64,000 bases of DNA from Squalus acanthias. Lineage: Eukaryota. The stretch lies in assembly GCA_030390025.1 (NCBI GenBank), contig JASTWF010000123.1, positions 620,001 through 684,000 of the forward strand, given 5' to 3'. How positions within the stretch are numbered: the stretch's first letter is position 1; each line of letters opens with the position of its first letter. Shown piece by piece: positions 49,539 to 62,700 of the stretch. The notes beneath the pieces were generated by a model. It saw nothing but the letters and a program-made list of their open reading frames with translations. It had not been told where the DNA came from and ran no database searches. The position numbers were made by a program, and so were the translations under genes.

Positions 49539-52490
49539 ATGTCAGCGGAGAAGGCAATAGAGCAAAGTAGCAGTGGGGTAATTAAAAACCAGAGCGTGTC
49601 AGGAAGGGACAGAATATATAAAGATAAAGGTAAAGTAGTAAAGGGGGTAAAAGCAGGAATAAATTGTCACAAAACATATTTAAAAGTTCTTTATCTGAAT
49701 GCACGCAGCATTCGTAACAAAATAGACGAGTTGACGGTACAAATAACTACGTATGGGTATGATCTTGTGGCCATTACAGAAACATGGCTGCAGGGTGACA
49801 ACGACTGGGAATTAAATATGCCAGGGTATTTAACAATCAGGAAGGACAGGCAGGAAGGAAGAGGAGGTGGGGTAGCTATGTTAATAAAGGAAGGAATCAC
49901 TGTATTACAGAGAAATGATATTGGGTCAAAGGATCAGGATAATGAAACAGTTTGGGTGGAGATAAGGAATAATAAGGGGAAAAAAACACTAGTGGGAGTA
50001 GTATATAGGCCTCCTAATAGTTGCAACTCTGCTGGAAGAAGTATTAATCAGGAAATAGTTGGGGCATGTAATAAGGGAACAGCTATAATTATGGGGGATT
50101 TTAACTATCATATTAACTGGACAAATCAAATTGGGCAGGGCAGCCTTGAGGAAGAGTTTATTGAGTGTATTAGGGATGGATTTCTTGAGCAGTATGTAAC
50201 TGATCCTACAAGGGGGCAAGCAACCTTGGACCTGGTCCTGTGTAATGAGTCAGGATTAATTAATAATGTCCTAGTTAAGGATCCCCTTGGAATGAGTGAC
50301 CATAACATGGTTGAATTCCATATCCAATTAGAGGGTGAGAAGGTTGGTTCTCAAACAAGCGTACTGAGCTTGAATAAAGGAGACTATGATGGTATGAGAG
50401 CGGAATTGATTAAAGTGGACTGGGAAAATAGATTAAAGGGTAAGACGGTACATGAGCAGTGGTGTTCATTTAAGGAGTTATTTTACAACTTTCAAAAAAT
50501 ATATATTCCACTGAGGAAAAAAGGGTGTAAAAGAAATGACAGCCATCCGTGGCTAAGTAAAGAAATTAAGGATAGTATCCAACTAAAAACAAGGACATAT
50601 AAGGTAGCCAAACTTAGTGGGAGGATAGAAGATTGGGAAGTCTTCAAAAGACAGCAAAAAGTAACTAAAGGATTGATTAAGAAAGGGAAGATAGATTATG
50701 AAAATAAATTAGCAAAAAATATAAAAACAGATAGCAAGAGTTTCTATAGTTATATAAAAAGAAAAAGGGTGGCTAAGGCAAACGTAGGTCCCTTAGAGGA
50801 TGAGACCGGGAAATTAATGGTGGGAAACATGGAGATGGCAAAAATGCTGAACAAATATTTTGTTTCAGTCTTTACGGTAGAGGACACTAAGAATATCCCA
50901 ACACTGGACAAACAGGGGGCTCTAGGGGGGGAGGAGCTAAATACGATTAAAATCACTAAGGAATTGGTACTCAGTAAAATAATGGGACTCAAGGCGGATA
51001 AATCCCCTGGACCTGATGGCTTACATCCTAGGGTCTTGAGGGAAGTGGCAGTAGGGATTGTGGATGCTTTGGTAATAATTTTCCAAAATTCCCTGGACTC
51101 AGCAAAGGTCCCGGCAGATTGGAAAACTGCTAATGTAACACCCTTATTTAAAAAGGGTAGTAGGCAGAAGGCTGGAAATTATAGACCAGTTAGTCTTACA
51201 TCTGTGGTGGGTAAAATTTTGGAGTCTATTATTAAGGAGACAGTAACGGAACATTTAGATAAACATAATTTAATAGGACAAAGTCAGCATGGCTTTATGA
51301 AGGGGAAGTCATGTCTGACAAATTTGCTTGAGTTCTTTGAGGACATAACGTACAGGGTGGATAAAGGGGAACCAATGGACGTAGTGTATTTAGACTTCCA
51401 GAAGGCATTCGACAAGGTGCCACATAAAAGATTATTGCTCAAGATAAAAAATCACTGGATTGGGGGTAATATTCTGGCATGGGTGGAGGATTGGTTATCT
51501 AACAGGAAGCAGAGAGTTGGGATAAATGGTTCATTCTCGGACTGGCAACCAGTAGCCAGTGGTGTTCCGCAGGGGTCGGTGCTGGGTCCCCAACTCTTTA
51601 CAATCTATATTAACGATTTGGAGGAGGGGACCGAGTGTAACATATCAAAGTTTGCAGATGATACAAAGATGGGAGGGAAAGTAGAAAGTGAGGAGGACAT
51701 AAAAAACCTACAAGGGGATATAGACAAGCTGGGTGAGTGGGCGGAGATTTGGCAGATGCAATACAATATTGGAAAATGTGAGGTTATGCACTTTGGCAGG
51801 AAAAATCAGAGAGCAAGTTATTATCTTAATGGCGAGAAACTGGAAAGTACTGCAGTACAAAGGGATCTGGGGGTCCTAGTGCAAGAAAATCAAAAAGTTA
51901 GTATGCAGGTGCAGCAGGTGATCAAGAAGGCCAACGGAATGTTGGCTTTTATTGCTAAGGGGATAGATTATAAAAACAGGGAGGTATTGCTGCAGTTATA
52001 TAAGGTATTGGTGAGACCGCATCTGGAATACTGCATACAGTTTTGGTGTCCATACTTAAGAAAAGACATACTTGCTCTCGAGGCAGTACAAAGAAGGTTC
52101 ACTCGGTTAATCCCCGGGATGAGGGGGTGGACATATGAGGAGAGGTTGAGTAGATTGGGACTCTACTCATTGGAGTTCAAAAGAGTGAGAGCCGATCTTA
52201 TTGAAACATATAAGATTGTGAAGGGGCTTGATCGGGTGGATGCGGTAAGGATGTTCCCAAGGATGGGTGAAACTAGAACTAGGGGGCATAATCTTAGAAT
52301 AAGGGGCTGCTCTTTCAAAACTGAGATGAGGAGAAACTTCTTCACTCAGAGGGTAGTAGGTCTGTGGAATTTGCTGCCCCAGGAAGCTGTGGAAGCTACA
52401 TCATTAAATAAATTTAAAACAGAAATAGACAGTTTCCTAGAAGTAAAGGGAATTAGGGGTTATGGGGAGGGGGCAGGAAATTGGACATGA
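49539..52490 (+). CDS. Intact CR1 ORF2 (APE endonuclease plus RT), 983 aa
   Basis: Uninterrupted ORF with all APE and RT motifs; element spans about 48476-52691. Confidence 0.95.
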   Translation: MSAEKAIEQSSSGVIKNQSVSGRDRIYKDKGKVVKGVKAGINCHKTYLKVLYLNARSIRNKIDELTVQITTYGYDLVAITETWLQGDNDWELNMPGYLTIRKDRQEGRGGGVAMLIKEGITVLQRNDIGSKDQDNETVWVEIRNNKGKKTLVGVVYRPPNSCNSAGRSINQEIVGACNKGTAIIMGDFNYHINWTNQIGQGSLEEEFIECIRDGFLEQYVTDPTRGQATLDLVLCNESGLINNVLVKDPLGMSDHNMVEFHIQLEGEKVGSQTSVLSLNKGDYDGMRAELIKVDWENRLKGKTVHEQWCSFKELFYNFQKIYIPLRKKGCKRNDSHPWLSKEIKDSIQLKTRTYKVAKLSGRIEDWEVFKRQQKVTKGLIKKGKIDYENKLAKNIKTDSKSFYSYIKRKRVAKANVGPLEDETGKLMVGNMEMAKMLNKYFVSVFTVEDTKNIPTLDKQGALGGEELNTIKITKELVLSKIMGLKADKSPGPDGLHPRVLREVAVGIVDALVIIFQNSLDSAKVPADWKTANVTPLFKKGSRQKAGNYRPVSLTSVVGKILESIIKETVTEHLDKHNLIGQSQHGFMKGKSCLTNLLEFFEDITYRVDKGEPMDVVYLDFQKAFDKVPHKRLLLKIKNHWIGGNILAWVEDWLSNRKQRVGINGSFSDWQPVASGVPQGSVLGPQLFTIYINDLEEGTECNISKFADDTKMGGKVESEEDIKNLQGDIDKLGEWAEIWQMQYNIGKCEVMHFGRKNQRASYYLNGEKLESTAVQRDLGVLVQENQKVSMQVQQVIKKANGMLAFIAKGIDYKNREVLLQLYKVLVRPHLEYCIQFWCPYLRKDILALEAVQRRFTRLIPGMRGWTYEERLSRLGLYSLEFKRVRADLIETYKIVKGLDRVDAVRMFPRMGETRTRGHNLRIRGCSFKTEMRRNFFTQRVVGLWNLLPQEAVEATSLNKFKTEIDSFLEVKGIRGYGEGAGNWT

Positions 52491-53283
52491 GGCTGAGTTC
52501 GGATCGGTCGAGGCCCTGTGGATGGCGGAGCGGGCCCAGGGGCTGAGTGGCTGGGTCCTGCTCCTACTTCTTGTGTTCTTTAGATTTGAGGTGAGGATCA
52601 GATCAGCCATGATCTTATTGAATGGTGGAGCAGGCTCGAAGGGCCGATTGGCCGACTCCTGCTCCTATTTCTTATGTTCTTATGTTCTTATTGTAAAATG
52701 CTGTTATTATTCAGCGAGTGTGTCTAATTCTGTTTACCCTTGGGGAGAATTTAAAAAAACACTTCCCTTGTGAACATTGAGCTCCTCTTGTTGACTGATG
52801 TCAGTATCCGGGAGGTGGGTGAATTTCTGCTTTCATCCAAAACCTACTGGGTGATACAGGGCACCAGTTGGATCCCCGTGTCCTATCTCACCAATTTGCC
52901 TCAGGACCAACATTAAAGGGGCCAACCCCCCTTTTACTGGATCAATGTGACATTTCTCCCCCTCCACCCCCACCCGCTCTTCCAGCACCTCCTCCCACCC
53001 CACAGCCTTTCTGGGCGAGAGATGGGCTTCCAATTCTTGCCAACTAGAGTCAGACCAGAGGGGCAACGAACAAGCTGTGGAGTCGGAACCCGATCCAAAC
53101 TGGCCCGGCAGTGTTCACAACAAATTACCTTACAGACAAGGTGTGGATTGGGTGGGGGAACCCAAGCTCGGGCTGTATCTCCTCCCTCTGTTAACACTTC
53201 ATCCCGACAGACACCATGGACTGGATTTGAACCCGCCAAACGGTTTGCAATAAAATTCACCGACCAATTCCATTCACGACCAA

Positions 53284-53456
53284 TCACTTCATTTCGCACA
53301 TTTGTGGGTGACATTCATGCTCGTGCTCAGCACCGTCAGAGAGGGTCACGTTAAGGTTAGTCTGGTAGAGGAATCGCGGCATACACCCAGAACAAGAGCA
53401 AGTAGGACAAGAGCAAGCAGCATTTCCACCCGGAACAGGAAGATTTGTGTTTCCAC
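53284..53456 (-). CDS. IgW: IgW short secretory tail exon, copy 2
   Basis: Paralog of 29737-29909; ends CEMK-stop. Confidence 0.78.
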
Positions 53457-54119
53457 CTGGAACTGTAAGAGTTGCAGATTTAAGCGTTATACATTTTCAC
53501 CTCCCCTCCCCTGTGCTGGGAAAGTGGGAGCTCCACACGGCCCCTGAACTCTGCTCCATCCTGAGTTTTTTAGGATCCTAAAGGGACCAGATCATGGAGA
53601 CCATGACAAGCTGTTTCACCTTGTCGAGGACAGTAGAATCAGAGGACATGACCTGTGCTTGAAGCAGGATCGGGGAGGGGTTCAATGCAAATCTAATGTC
53701 GTGAGCCAATATTTCAGTCAGTGGTCAAATTCAAATGCAAAATTGGATAGATTTCTTTCAGAAAATAACATTTGGGGGACAATAGAAAGAGATTTGAATT
53801 GTGGACGGTATCAGAGGTGCCGCCCGTTTTACACCCCGCCCCATTTTCTTCTCTATTGAAGTCAGCAGCGAGTAAAATCGGGCGAGGCTGTAAACGGGCG
53901 GCCGATCCCGGCAGTTTCCCCGCCCAGCGCGTTATGTTAAAATTACTCCCTTTAAGTGTCGATTGAATATCAACACAAAGTACTAAACATCTTGCTTCTC
54001 TCAACAAGGTCGATATTAGGGACAGTGATTCGCGAATTGAGGGCGAGCGTCATCGCTTTAAGTTAATACAAGGCTGAATTACTGACGGTAAATTCTTTTT
54101 CCCCTCAGACACCACTTAC

Positions 54120-54425
54120 CCTCTCGATACCGCATGCTGATCCTGTCATTGAAGCTCGAAGGTGCGCGGGACACTTCACAAGTGTAGACATTCCCTTTGG
54201 TCCATTCCTCCACAGGCACCGTCAGGTAAGTGACCGTTTCAAAGGTAGCGCCGGTTCTCCGTGTGGCAGGGAGAACAACATCCGCTTGGTCGATTCCGGC
54301 TTTCTTCCAGGAAACCTGTAGGCTGTTGGGATAGAATCCGGATATCACACAGCCCAGGACAGCTTTAGTTTGATTGTAGAGAACCTCCGGGGATGGAACA
54401 AGGGAGATGAGCCTCGGAGCTCGAG
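54120..54425 (-). CDS. IgW: IgW CH2 exon, copy 2
   Basis: Intact splice sites and reading frame. Confidence 0.9.
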
Positions 54426-55068
54426 CTGTAACACATTGCCATATTTCAGATTACACGATTGTTTTGGCCACAGTAAAGGTGTGCTCCATTCCCCCAACAT
54501 CTAGAGCAAGCGTCACGATGCCAGCCCCCTCCATAATGTTGTCAATTTGCCGGTGATCATGTCATAAGAACATAAGAAATAGGAGCAGGTGTCGGCCATT
54601 TGGCCCCTCGAGCCTGCTCCGCCATTTAATAAGATCGTGGCTGATCTTCTACCTCATCTCCACTTTCCTGCACAATCCTCATGTCGTAAGGGTGAGACCC
54701 ATCGTGACATGCTGGAGAGAGGTGGGATTGGGAGAGTTGGCAGTATACCTAGGGTATGCCAAGTGGAGCATCCCATTCTACAGTGATATGGAGCAAAGGC
54801 AGGTAAATGGGGGTGAGGTGCAGATCAGCCATGATCTAATTGAATGGTTGAGCAGGCTCAAGGAGCTGGAGGGCCTACACCTGTTCCTGTATTCCTGTGT
54901 ATAGGAGTAGATGGGGAGAAACTGTTTCCACTGGCAGGAGGGTTGCTAAGAATTCATTCGGGTTCTATTCTTCAACAACCTCCTACATTGGTTGGTGAAG
55001 GTTTCTTGTCCAATTTCATCCCCCGACACCAGTGTAGTTTTAAATGGCAAATAATGTCTTGTACTAAC

Positions 55069-55388
55069 ATTTAGGTTCAGGTTTTCAGATCTGAGTTTCC
55101 TCCATTTTGTTTGACTTGTACCCCGCCTTGCAGTGGTAGACCCTATTGGTGTTCCAATCTGACACAGAGACTTTGAGCACACTGCTCATCGTGTACTTCT
55201 TATTTTGCCCCAAGACTGCCGGATACTTCTTGATTCCAGTAGTGATGTCTGCACCGTTACTGGACCATGTCTGACTGATGATCTCGGGCTGAAAGTCCTT
55301 GACCAGGCAGAGGAGGCTGATCTCATCTTGGTTGGAGTTCCTGCCACAGGAAGGGTTGGAGATGTAGACTGATGGTGTGGCCTGGACA
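55069..55388 (-). pseudogene. IgW: IgW CH1 exon, copy 2, with nonsense codon
   Basis: CGA to TGA at 55085-55087, upstream of the donor. Confidence 0.88.
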
Positions 55389-55535
55389 CTTGAAACATAA
55401 ATAGATGCACACAGGTTAGTCCAGTAAAAAAGTGCATTACAGGCGGATGCAGCAGGAGAGATTTTGTTATGTGTAAAACCAGCCATTTCCGAAAACAATT
55501 ACACTGATACGCAAGGAGTTTACAGTTTTACGTCT

Positions 55536-55720
55536 CAGTTGTGGCTCAGTTGGTATCATGGTATCACTCTCATCTCTGTGTCAGAAGGTTGTGGGTTCAA
55601 GCCCACTCCAGAGACTTGAGCGTATAATGTAGGCCGTCACTCCAGTGCAGTACTGAGGGAGTGCTCCACTGTCTGAGGTGCCGTCTTTCAGATGAGACGT
55701 TGAAGCGAGGACCTGTCTGC
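55536..55720 (+). mobile_element. Deu-domain SINE, copy 2
   Basis: Paralog of 32004-32190. Confidence 0.75.
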
Positions 55721-56399
55721 ATTCCCAAAACCAATTAATGTTTCCTGTATAACTGTCAGCACCAGATGATAGGAGTTTATAGAAAAGGAAGAATTTGCCA
55801 CCAAGTTATTAGAATTACTAAGTCTTGTTTAGCGGTGACATTGATTGGGAGATTAAAATACCTTAGAGTCTACACAAGTGACAGGCATAACCTAGAGGGA
55901 ATGGTAATATGGGTAAGATAACAAATAGGACCCGTAGAAATACATTGCGTAAGAGGTTGTGAGTTCAAATCCTGCCATGGCAAGTTGGGAAATTGAGACC
56001 ATTAAATCTGGTGATTTCTGGGCTGGCACCAGTTAAAATGACTGGGAGAAGCTGCCGGATTGTGGGGAAAAACCCACCTGATTCATTAAAGTTCTTCAGG
56101 GAAGGGAACCTGCCGCCCCTCCCCGGTCTGGGCCTCCATGTGACTCCAGTCACACACATCACATGGCTGACTCTTAATGACTCCGGGCAACTAGAGATGG
56201 GTATTAATGCTGTAAGATTCTAGGAGCGAGTGTGGAATCAGGTAAACGACCAGCAAAAGCCAATCAACAGTTGGGAGATTCTCAGTGGAAACGTGGGGAG
56301 TAGTTAAGGAATTATTAACGAGGCTACAATGGTAATTCATTGGGGACAGGGCAGGGGGAGGGGCCGCAGGACACAATAGCAGAGAGGAGAGACAAGGTG

Positions 56400-59300
56400 C
56401 ATAGAAAACTAGGAGGGATGAACAGCAACAGAACAAAGAATAGTGCAGAAAGAGCAGGAATTAGATGGTGGATAAAAGCAAAGCTGACTAGCATGGTGTT
56501 GGAATGCATGTGTGTTAATACGAGGAGTGTTCCAAATAACGAGCTACAGGCGCAAGTTGCCCCATGGGGTTATGATATAGTGGCTATAACGGAGACCTGG
56601 CTTAAATATGGGCAGGAATGGGAACTAAACATTCCTGGCTGCAACATATTCAGGAGGAATAGGGAAAGGAAAACGACAGGAGGGGGCTGGCAGTATTGAT
56701 CAAGGATAATATTACAGTTCTACAGAGGGAAGAGATACTCGAGGGTTCAAAGACTGAGGGCGCGAAATTCGGAGACGCCTTGTTTGGGGGCGGTAGCCGA
56801 GTTAAGACCGGACATTTAGCGCCCGGCGCGGAAGTACCGCCCCGGCCGCTAAATTCGGCACTCCACTTCCTGTTGGGGCGGTAACCGAGGTGATGTCGGG
56901 GCGCGCTCGGCGGAAGCTCCGCGGAGCGCTGCCGCGTTTCAACGTCCCTCCTCTTCATTTAAAGGGGAGGGCCACTGCACACTTGCAGGGACTCCGATGG
57001 CCCACACTAGGCCACCACAGAGGGCCAAACTGGAGGTCAGCCAAACAAAGAAAATGGCAGCGTGGGTCATGGCCGTACCGCCCCTTTAAATACCGTCCCG
57101 CGAGCGGAGGTCGGCCCGGTTCGCGACCTGCGAGGCTGGCACTGACATTGCCCGCGGCAGCCTCGCGGGGCGCAGCCGAATTTCTGGCGCAGGGCAGTAA
57201 GGGACGCGGCGCTATCAGGAAGCGCCTCAGCAACGCCCCACCGAATTTCTCGGGAGGCGCTTTCCCCCTCCGGGCAACAAGCCTGTTGCGCCCCGTTAAC
57301 GCCCCCCGGAGGCGCTAACGGGGCGCAAAGGAGCCGAATTTCTAGCCCTGAATCTATTTGGTTAGAGTGAAGGAACAGAAATGGAGCTGTTACATTGCTG
57401 GGTGTTTACTATAGCCCCCCAAATAGTGAGAAGGAGATAGAGGGGCAAATCTGTAAGCAAATTTCAGAAAAATGTTTAAAATAATAGAGCAGTAATAGGA
57501 GGGGACTTCAATTACCCTAATATAGACTGGGGGTAAAACAGAGTAAAGGGCAAGGAGAGTAAAGAATTCCCAAACTGTGTACAGGAGAACTTTCTTAATC
57601 TGTATGTTTCTAGCCAAACAAGGAAGGAAGCAGTCTGGATCTAGTTCTAGCGAATGAAGTTAGGAAAGTGGAGTTTGTTGCTGTGGGAGAAGATCTGGGT
57701 CAAAGTGATCATAATATAATTAGGTTTAAAGTAGTTATGGACAGGGACAAAGAAAAATCAACGGTGAAGAGAGCCAATTTCAGTGATTTGACGAGGGATC
57801 GAGCACAGGTGGACTGGAAACAAAGATTGTCCAGGAAAACAGTGAATGAGCACTGGCAGGCCTTCACAGCAGAGATACTTCGGGTACGAACCAAACATAT
57901 TCCCATAAGGAGGAAAGATGGGGCGTCCAAAGCTAGAGCTCCCTGGATGGCAAAGGAAATAGAGGTTAAAATAAAACAGAAAAAGGAGGTTTATGGCAAA
58001 TGTCAGGTACAGAATAAAATCGAAAACTAGGCACAATACAGAAAGTGCAGAGGGAAATTGAAAAAGAATATAAGAAGGGCAAAGAGAGAATATGAGAAAA
58101 GATTAGTGGGCAATATAAAAGGGAACCCAAAAATCTTTTACAAACATTCAGAAAGTAAAAGGATAGTTAAAGGAATGGTGGGGTAGATTCGGGACAAAAA
58201 AGGAAATCTTCTTGTGGAAGCAGAGGGCATGACTGAGGTACTGAATGAGTACTTTGCATCTGTCTTCACAAAAGAAGAGGATGAAGTTAATGTCGCAGCA
58301 GAGGAGTGGGGAGTAGAGATACTGGATAGGATAAAAATAGATAGAAAGGAGATGCTAAATAGGATGGCATCACTCAAAGTTAACAAGTCACCCGGTCCAG
58401 ATGGGATGCATCCCAGGTTGCTGAGGAAAGCTAAGGTGGAGATAACAGGGTCTGACCACACTCTTTCAATCCTCATTCGATAGGAGTGATGCCAGAGGAC
58501 TGGAGCATTGTAAATGTTACACCCCTTTTCCTAAAAGGGGAGAGGGATAAACCTGGTAACAACAGGCCAATCAGTCTAATGTCAGTGGTGGGAAAACTAC
58601 TAGAGACCACTGTCAAGGACAAAATTAATTCTCACTCGGAGAAGCATGGATTATTAAGGGACAACCAGCACAGATTTGTTAAAGGCAAATTGTGTCTGAC
58701 TAATCTGATTGAGTTCTTTAATGCAGTAACAAAGAGGCTTGACGAAGGTAGTGCAGTAGATGTTGTATCTATGGACTTTCAAAAGGTATTTATTCGCAAA
58801 ATAGGAGGGACGGTGGTAACTTGGGTATATAACTGGCGAAGGGATAGGAGGCAGAGAGTAGTGGTGAACAGATGTTTTTCTGACTGGAGAGAAGTATGCA
58901 GTGGGGTCCCCCAGGGGTGGGTATTAGGACCATTGCTTTTCTTGTTATATGTAAATGACTTGGACTTGGGTATAGGCAAGTGTGTGAGATACTTGGCTTT
59001 ATAAATAGGGGATTGAATACAAAAACAAGGAAGTCATGCTAAACCTTTACAAATCACTGGTTAGGCCCCAGCTAGAGTATTATGTACAATTCTGGGCACC
59101 ACACTTTAGGAAGGATGTCAAGGCCTTGGAGAGGGTACAGAGGAGGTTTACCAGGATGATCCCAGGGATGAGGGACTTCAGTTATGTGGAGAGATTGGAG
59201 AAACTGGGCTTGTTCTCCTTAGAGCAGAGAAGGTTAATGGAACACCTAATTGAGGTTGTTGAAATTATGAGGGGTTTTGATAGAGCAGGTAGGGAGAAAC

Positions 59301-59512
59301 TGTTTCCTCTGGCAAGTGGGTTGGTAACCAGAGGTGATAGATTTAAAATAATTGGTAAAAGAAGTAGAGGGGAAATGAGGAGAAATGTTTTCACACAGTG
59401 GGTTGTTAAGATCTGGAACGCTCTACCTGAAAGGGTGGTAGAATCAGATTCCACGGGCACTTTCAAAAGGCAATTGCCTCCTTCTGCGTTGTAACTATTC
59501 TATGATTCTATC
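56400..59512 (+). mobile_element. Old CR1 with MITE (about 56758-57348), copy 2
   Basis: Paralog of 33640-36745. Confidence 0.88.
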
Positions 59513-59799
59513 TTTTAAGAAAGAAAGAAAGATTTGCATTTATAAAGCGCATTTTCACACCCACCGAACATCTCAAACCGCCTGACAACCACTAAATACT
59601 TTCGGAAGTGTAATTGTAAAGGCAATTGTACATGTACTTGAAGAGGACTAATTTGCAGGGGAAAAAGCTGGGGTGTGGGACTAAATTGTACAGCCCCCTT
59701 GGGATGAGTAAGATGGCATGAGGGTAAGATGGCGGAAGGGTGCAAGATTGTATGATTCCAGGGCTATGGGGAAAATAAGGCCAAAGGGACCTGTTTAGG

Positions 59800-62700
59800 G
59801 TTAATACAGAGCTATGGGGAGAGCGCGGCAGTAGGATGAGTTTGGGATTGATACAGGGCTATGGGGAGAGAGCGGGGCAGTGGGTTAGTTTGGGATTGAT
59901 ACAGGGCTATGGGGAGAGAGTGGGCAGTGGGATTAGTTTGGGATTGATACAGGGCTATGGGGAGAGATTGGAGCAGTAGGATTAGTTTGGGATTGATACA
60001 GGGCTATGGGGAGTGAACAGGATTAGTTTCGGATAGATACAGGGCTATGGGGAGCAGTAGGATTTGTTTGGGATTGATACAGGGATATGGGGAGAGAGTG
60101 GAGCAGTAGGATTAGTTTGGGATGGATACAGGGCTATGGGGAGAGATTGGAGCAGTAGGATTAGTTTACGATTGATTCAGGGCTATGGGGAGAGAGTGGA
60201 GCAGTGGGATTAGTTTGGGATTGATACAGTGCTATGGGGAGAGAATGGAGCAGTGGGATTAGTTTGGGATTGATACAGGGCTATGGGGAGGGAGTGGAGC
60301 AGTAGGATTAGTTTGGGATGGATACAGGGCTATAGGGAGATATTGGAGCAGAAGGATTCGTTTGGGATTGATACAGGGCTATGGGGAGAGATTGGAGCAG
60401 TAGGATTAGTTTGGGATAGATACAGTGCTATGGGGAGAGATTGGAGCAGTAGGATTAGTTTGAGATTGATACAGGGCTATGGGAGAGATTGGAGCAGTAG
60501 GATTAGTTTGGGATGGATACAAGGCTATGGGGAGAGATTGGAGCAGTAGGATTAGTTTGGGATGGATACAGGGCTATGGGGAGAGAGTGGAGCAGTAGGA
60601 TTAGTTTGGGATAGATACAGTGCTATGGGGAGAGAGTGGAACAGTGGGATTAGTTTGGGATTGATACAGGGCTATGGGGAGAGATTGGAGCTGCAGGATT
60701 AGTTTGAGATTCAGACAGGCTATGGGGAGAGATTGGAGCAGTAGGATTAGTTTGGGATTGATACAGGGCTATGGGGAGAGATTGGAGCTGCAGGATTAGT
60801 TTGGGATTCATACAGGGCTATGGGGAGAGAATGGGATTAGTTTCGGATAGATACAGGGCTATGGGGAGGGAATGGAGCAGTAGGATTAGTTTGGGATTGA
60901 TACAGGGCTATGGGGAGAGAGCGGGGCAGTGGGTTAGTTTGGGATTGATACAGGGCTATGGGGAGTGAATGGGATTACTTTCGGATAGATACAGGGCTAT
61001 GGGGAGCAGCAGGATTCGTTTGGGATTGATACAGGGATATGGGGAGAGAGTGGAGCAGTAGGATTAGTTTGGGATGGATACAAGGCTATGGGGAGAGATT
61101 GGAGCAGTAGGATTAGTTTGGGATGGATACAGGGCTATGGGAGAGATTGGAGCAGTAGGATTAGTTTGGGATTGATACAGGGCTATGGGAGAGATTGGAG
61201 CAGTAGGATTAGTTTGGGATGGATACAGGGCTATGGGGAGAGATTGGAGCAGTAGGATTAGTTTGGGATTGATACAGGGCTATGGGAGAGATTGGAGCAG
61301 TAGGATTAGTTTGGGATGGATACAGGGCTATGGGGAGAGATTGGAGCAGTAGGATTAGTTTGGGATTGATACAGGGCTATGGGAGAGATTGGAGCAGTAG
61401 GATTAGTTTGGGATTGATACAGGGCTATGGGGAGAGATTGGAGCAGTAGGATTAGTTTGGGATTGATACAGGGCTATGGGAGAGATTGGAGCAGTAGGAT
61501 TAGTTTGGGATTGATACAGGGCTATGGGGAGAGATTGGAGCAGTAGGATTAGTTTGGGATTGATACAGGGCTTTGGGGAGAGAGTGGAGCAGTAGGATTA
61601 GTTTGGGATTGATACAGAAGAACATAAGATGTCGGAGCAGGAGTAGGTCATTTGGCCCCTCGAGCCTGCTCCGCCATTCAATAACATCATGGCTGATCTG
61701 ATCTTGGCCTCAACTCCACTTCCCTGCCCGCTCCCCATAACCCTTGACTCCCTTACCATTCAAAAATCTGTCTATCTCCACCTTAAATATATTCAATGCC
61801 CCAGCCTCCACAGCTCTCTGGGGAAGAGAATTCCAAAGATTCACGACCCTCTGAGAGAAAAAAGTCCTCCTCATTTCCGTTTTAAATGGGTGCCCCCTTA
61901 TTCTGAAATTATGCCCCCTAGTTCTAGATTCCCCCACTAGGGGAAACATCCTCTCTGCATCTACCCTGTCAAGCCTCTTCAGAATCTTATATGTTTCAAT
62001 AAGATCATCTCTCATTCTTCTAAACTCCAATGAGTATAGGCCCAACCTGCTCAACCTTTCTTCATAAGACAACCCTTTCATCTCTGGAATCAACCTCATG
62101 AACCTTCTCTGAACTGCCTCCAGTGCAAGTAGATCCTTCTTTAAATAAGGAGACCAAAACTGTACGCAGTACTCCAGGTGTGGTCTCACCAACGCCCTGT
62201 ACAGTTGTAACAGGACTTCCCTACTTTTATACTCCAGCCCCTTTGCAATAAAGGCCAACATTCCATTAGCCTTCCTAATTACTTGCTGTACCTGCATGCT
62301 GACTTTTTGTGATTCATGTATAAGGACCCCCAGATCCCTCTGTACCTCAGCATTTTGTAATCTCTCCGGGGCTATGTGGAGAGAGTGGAGCTGTAGGATT
62401 AGTTTGGGATTGATACAGGGGTATGGGAGAAAGTAGAGCAGTGGGATTAGTTTTGGATTGATACAGGGCTATGGGGAGAGAGTGGAATAGTGGGATTAGT
62501 TTTGGATTGATACAGGGCTATGGGGAGACAGTGGAGCAGTGGGATTAGTTTGGAATTGATATAGGGTTATGGGGAGAGAGTGGAGCAGTAGGATTAGTTT
62601 TGGATTGATACAGGGCTATGGGGAGAGATTGGAATCGTGGGATTAGTTTGGGATTGATACAGGGCTATGGGGAGAGAGTGGAGCAGTGGGATTAGTTTTG

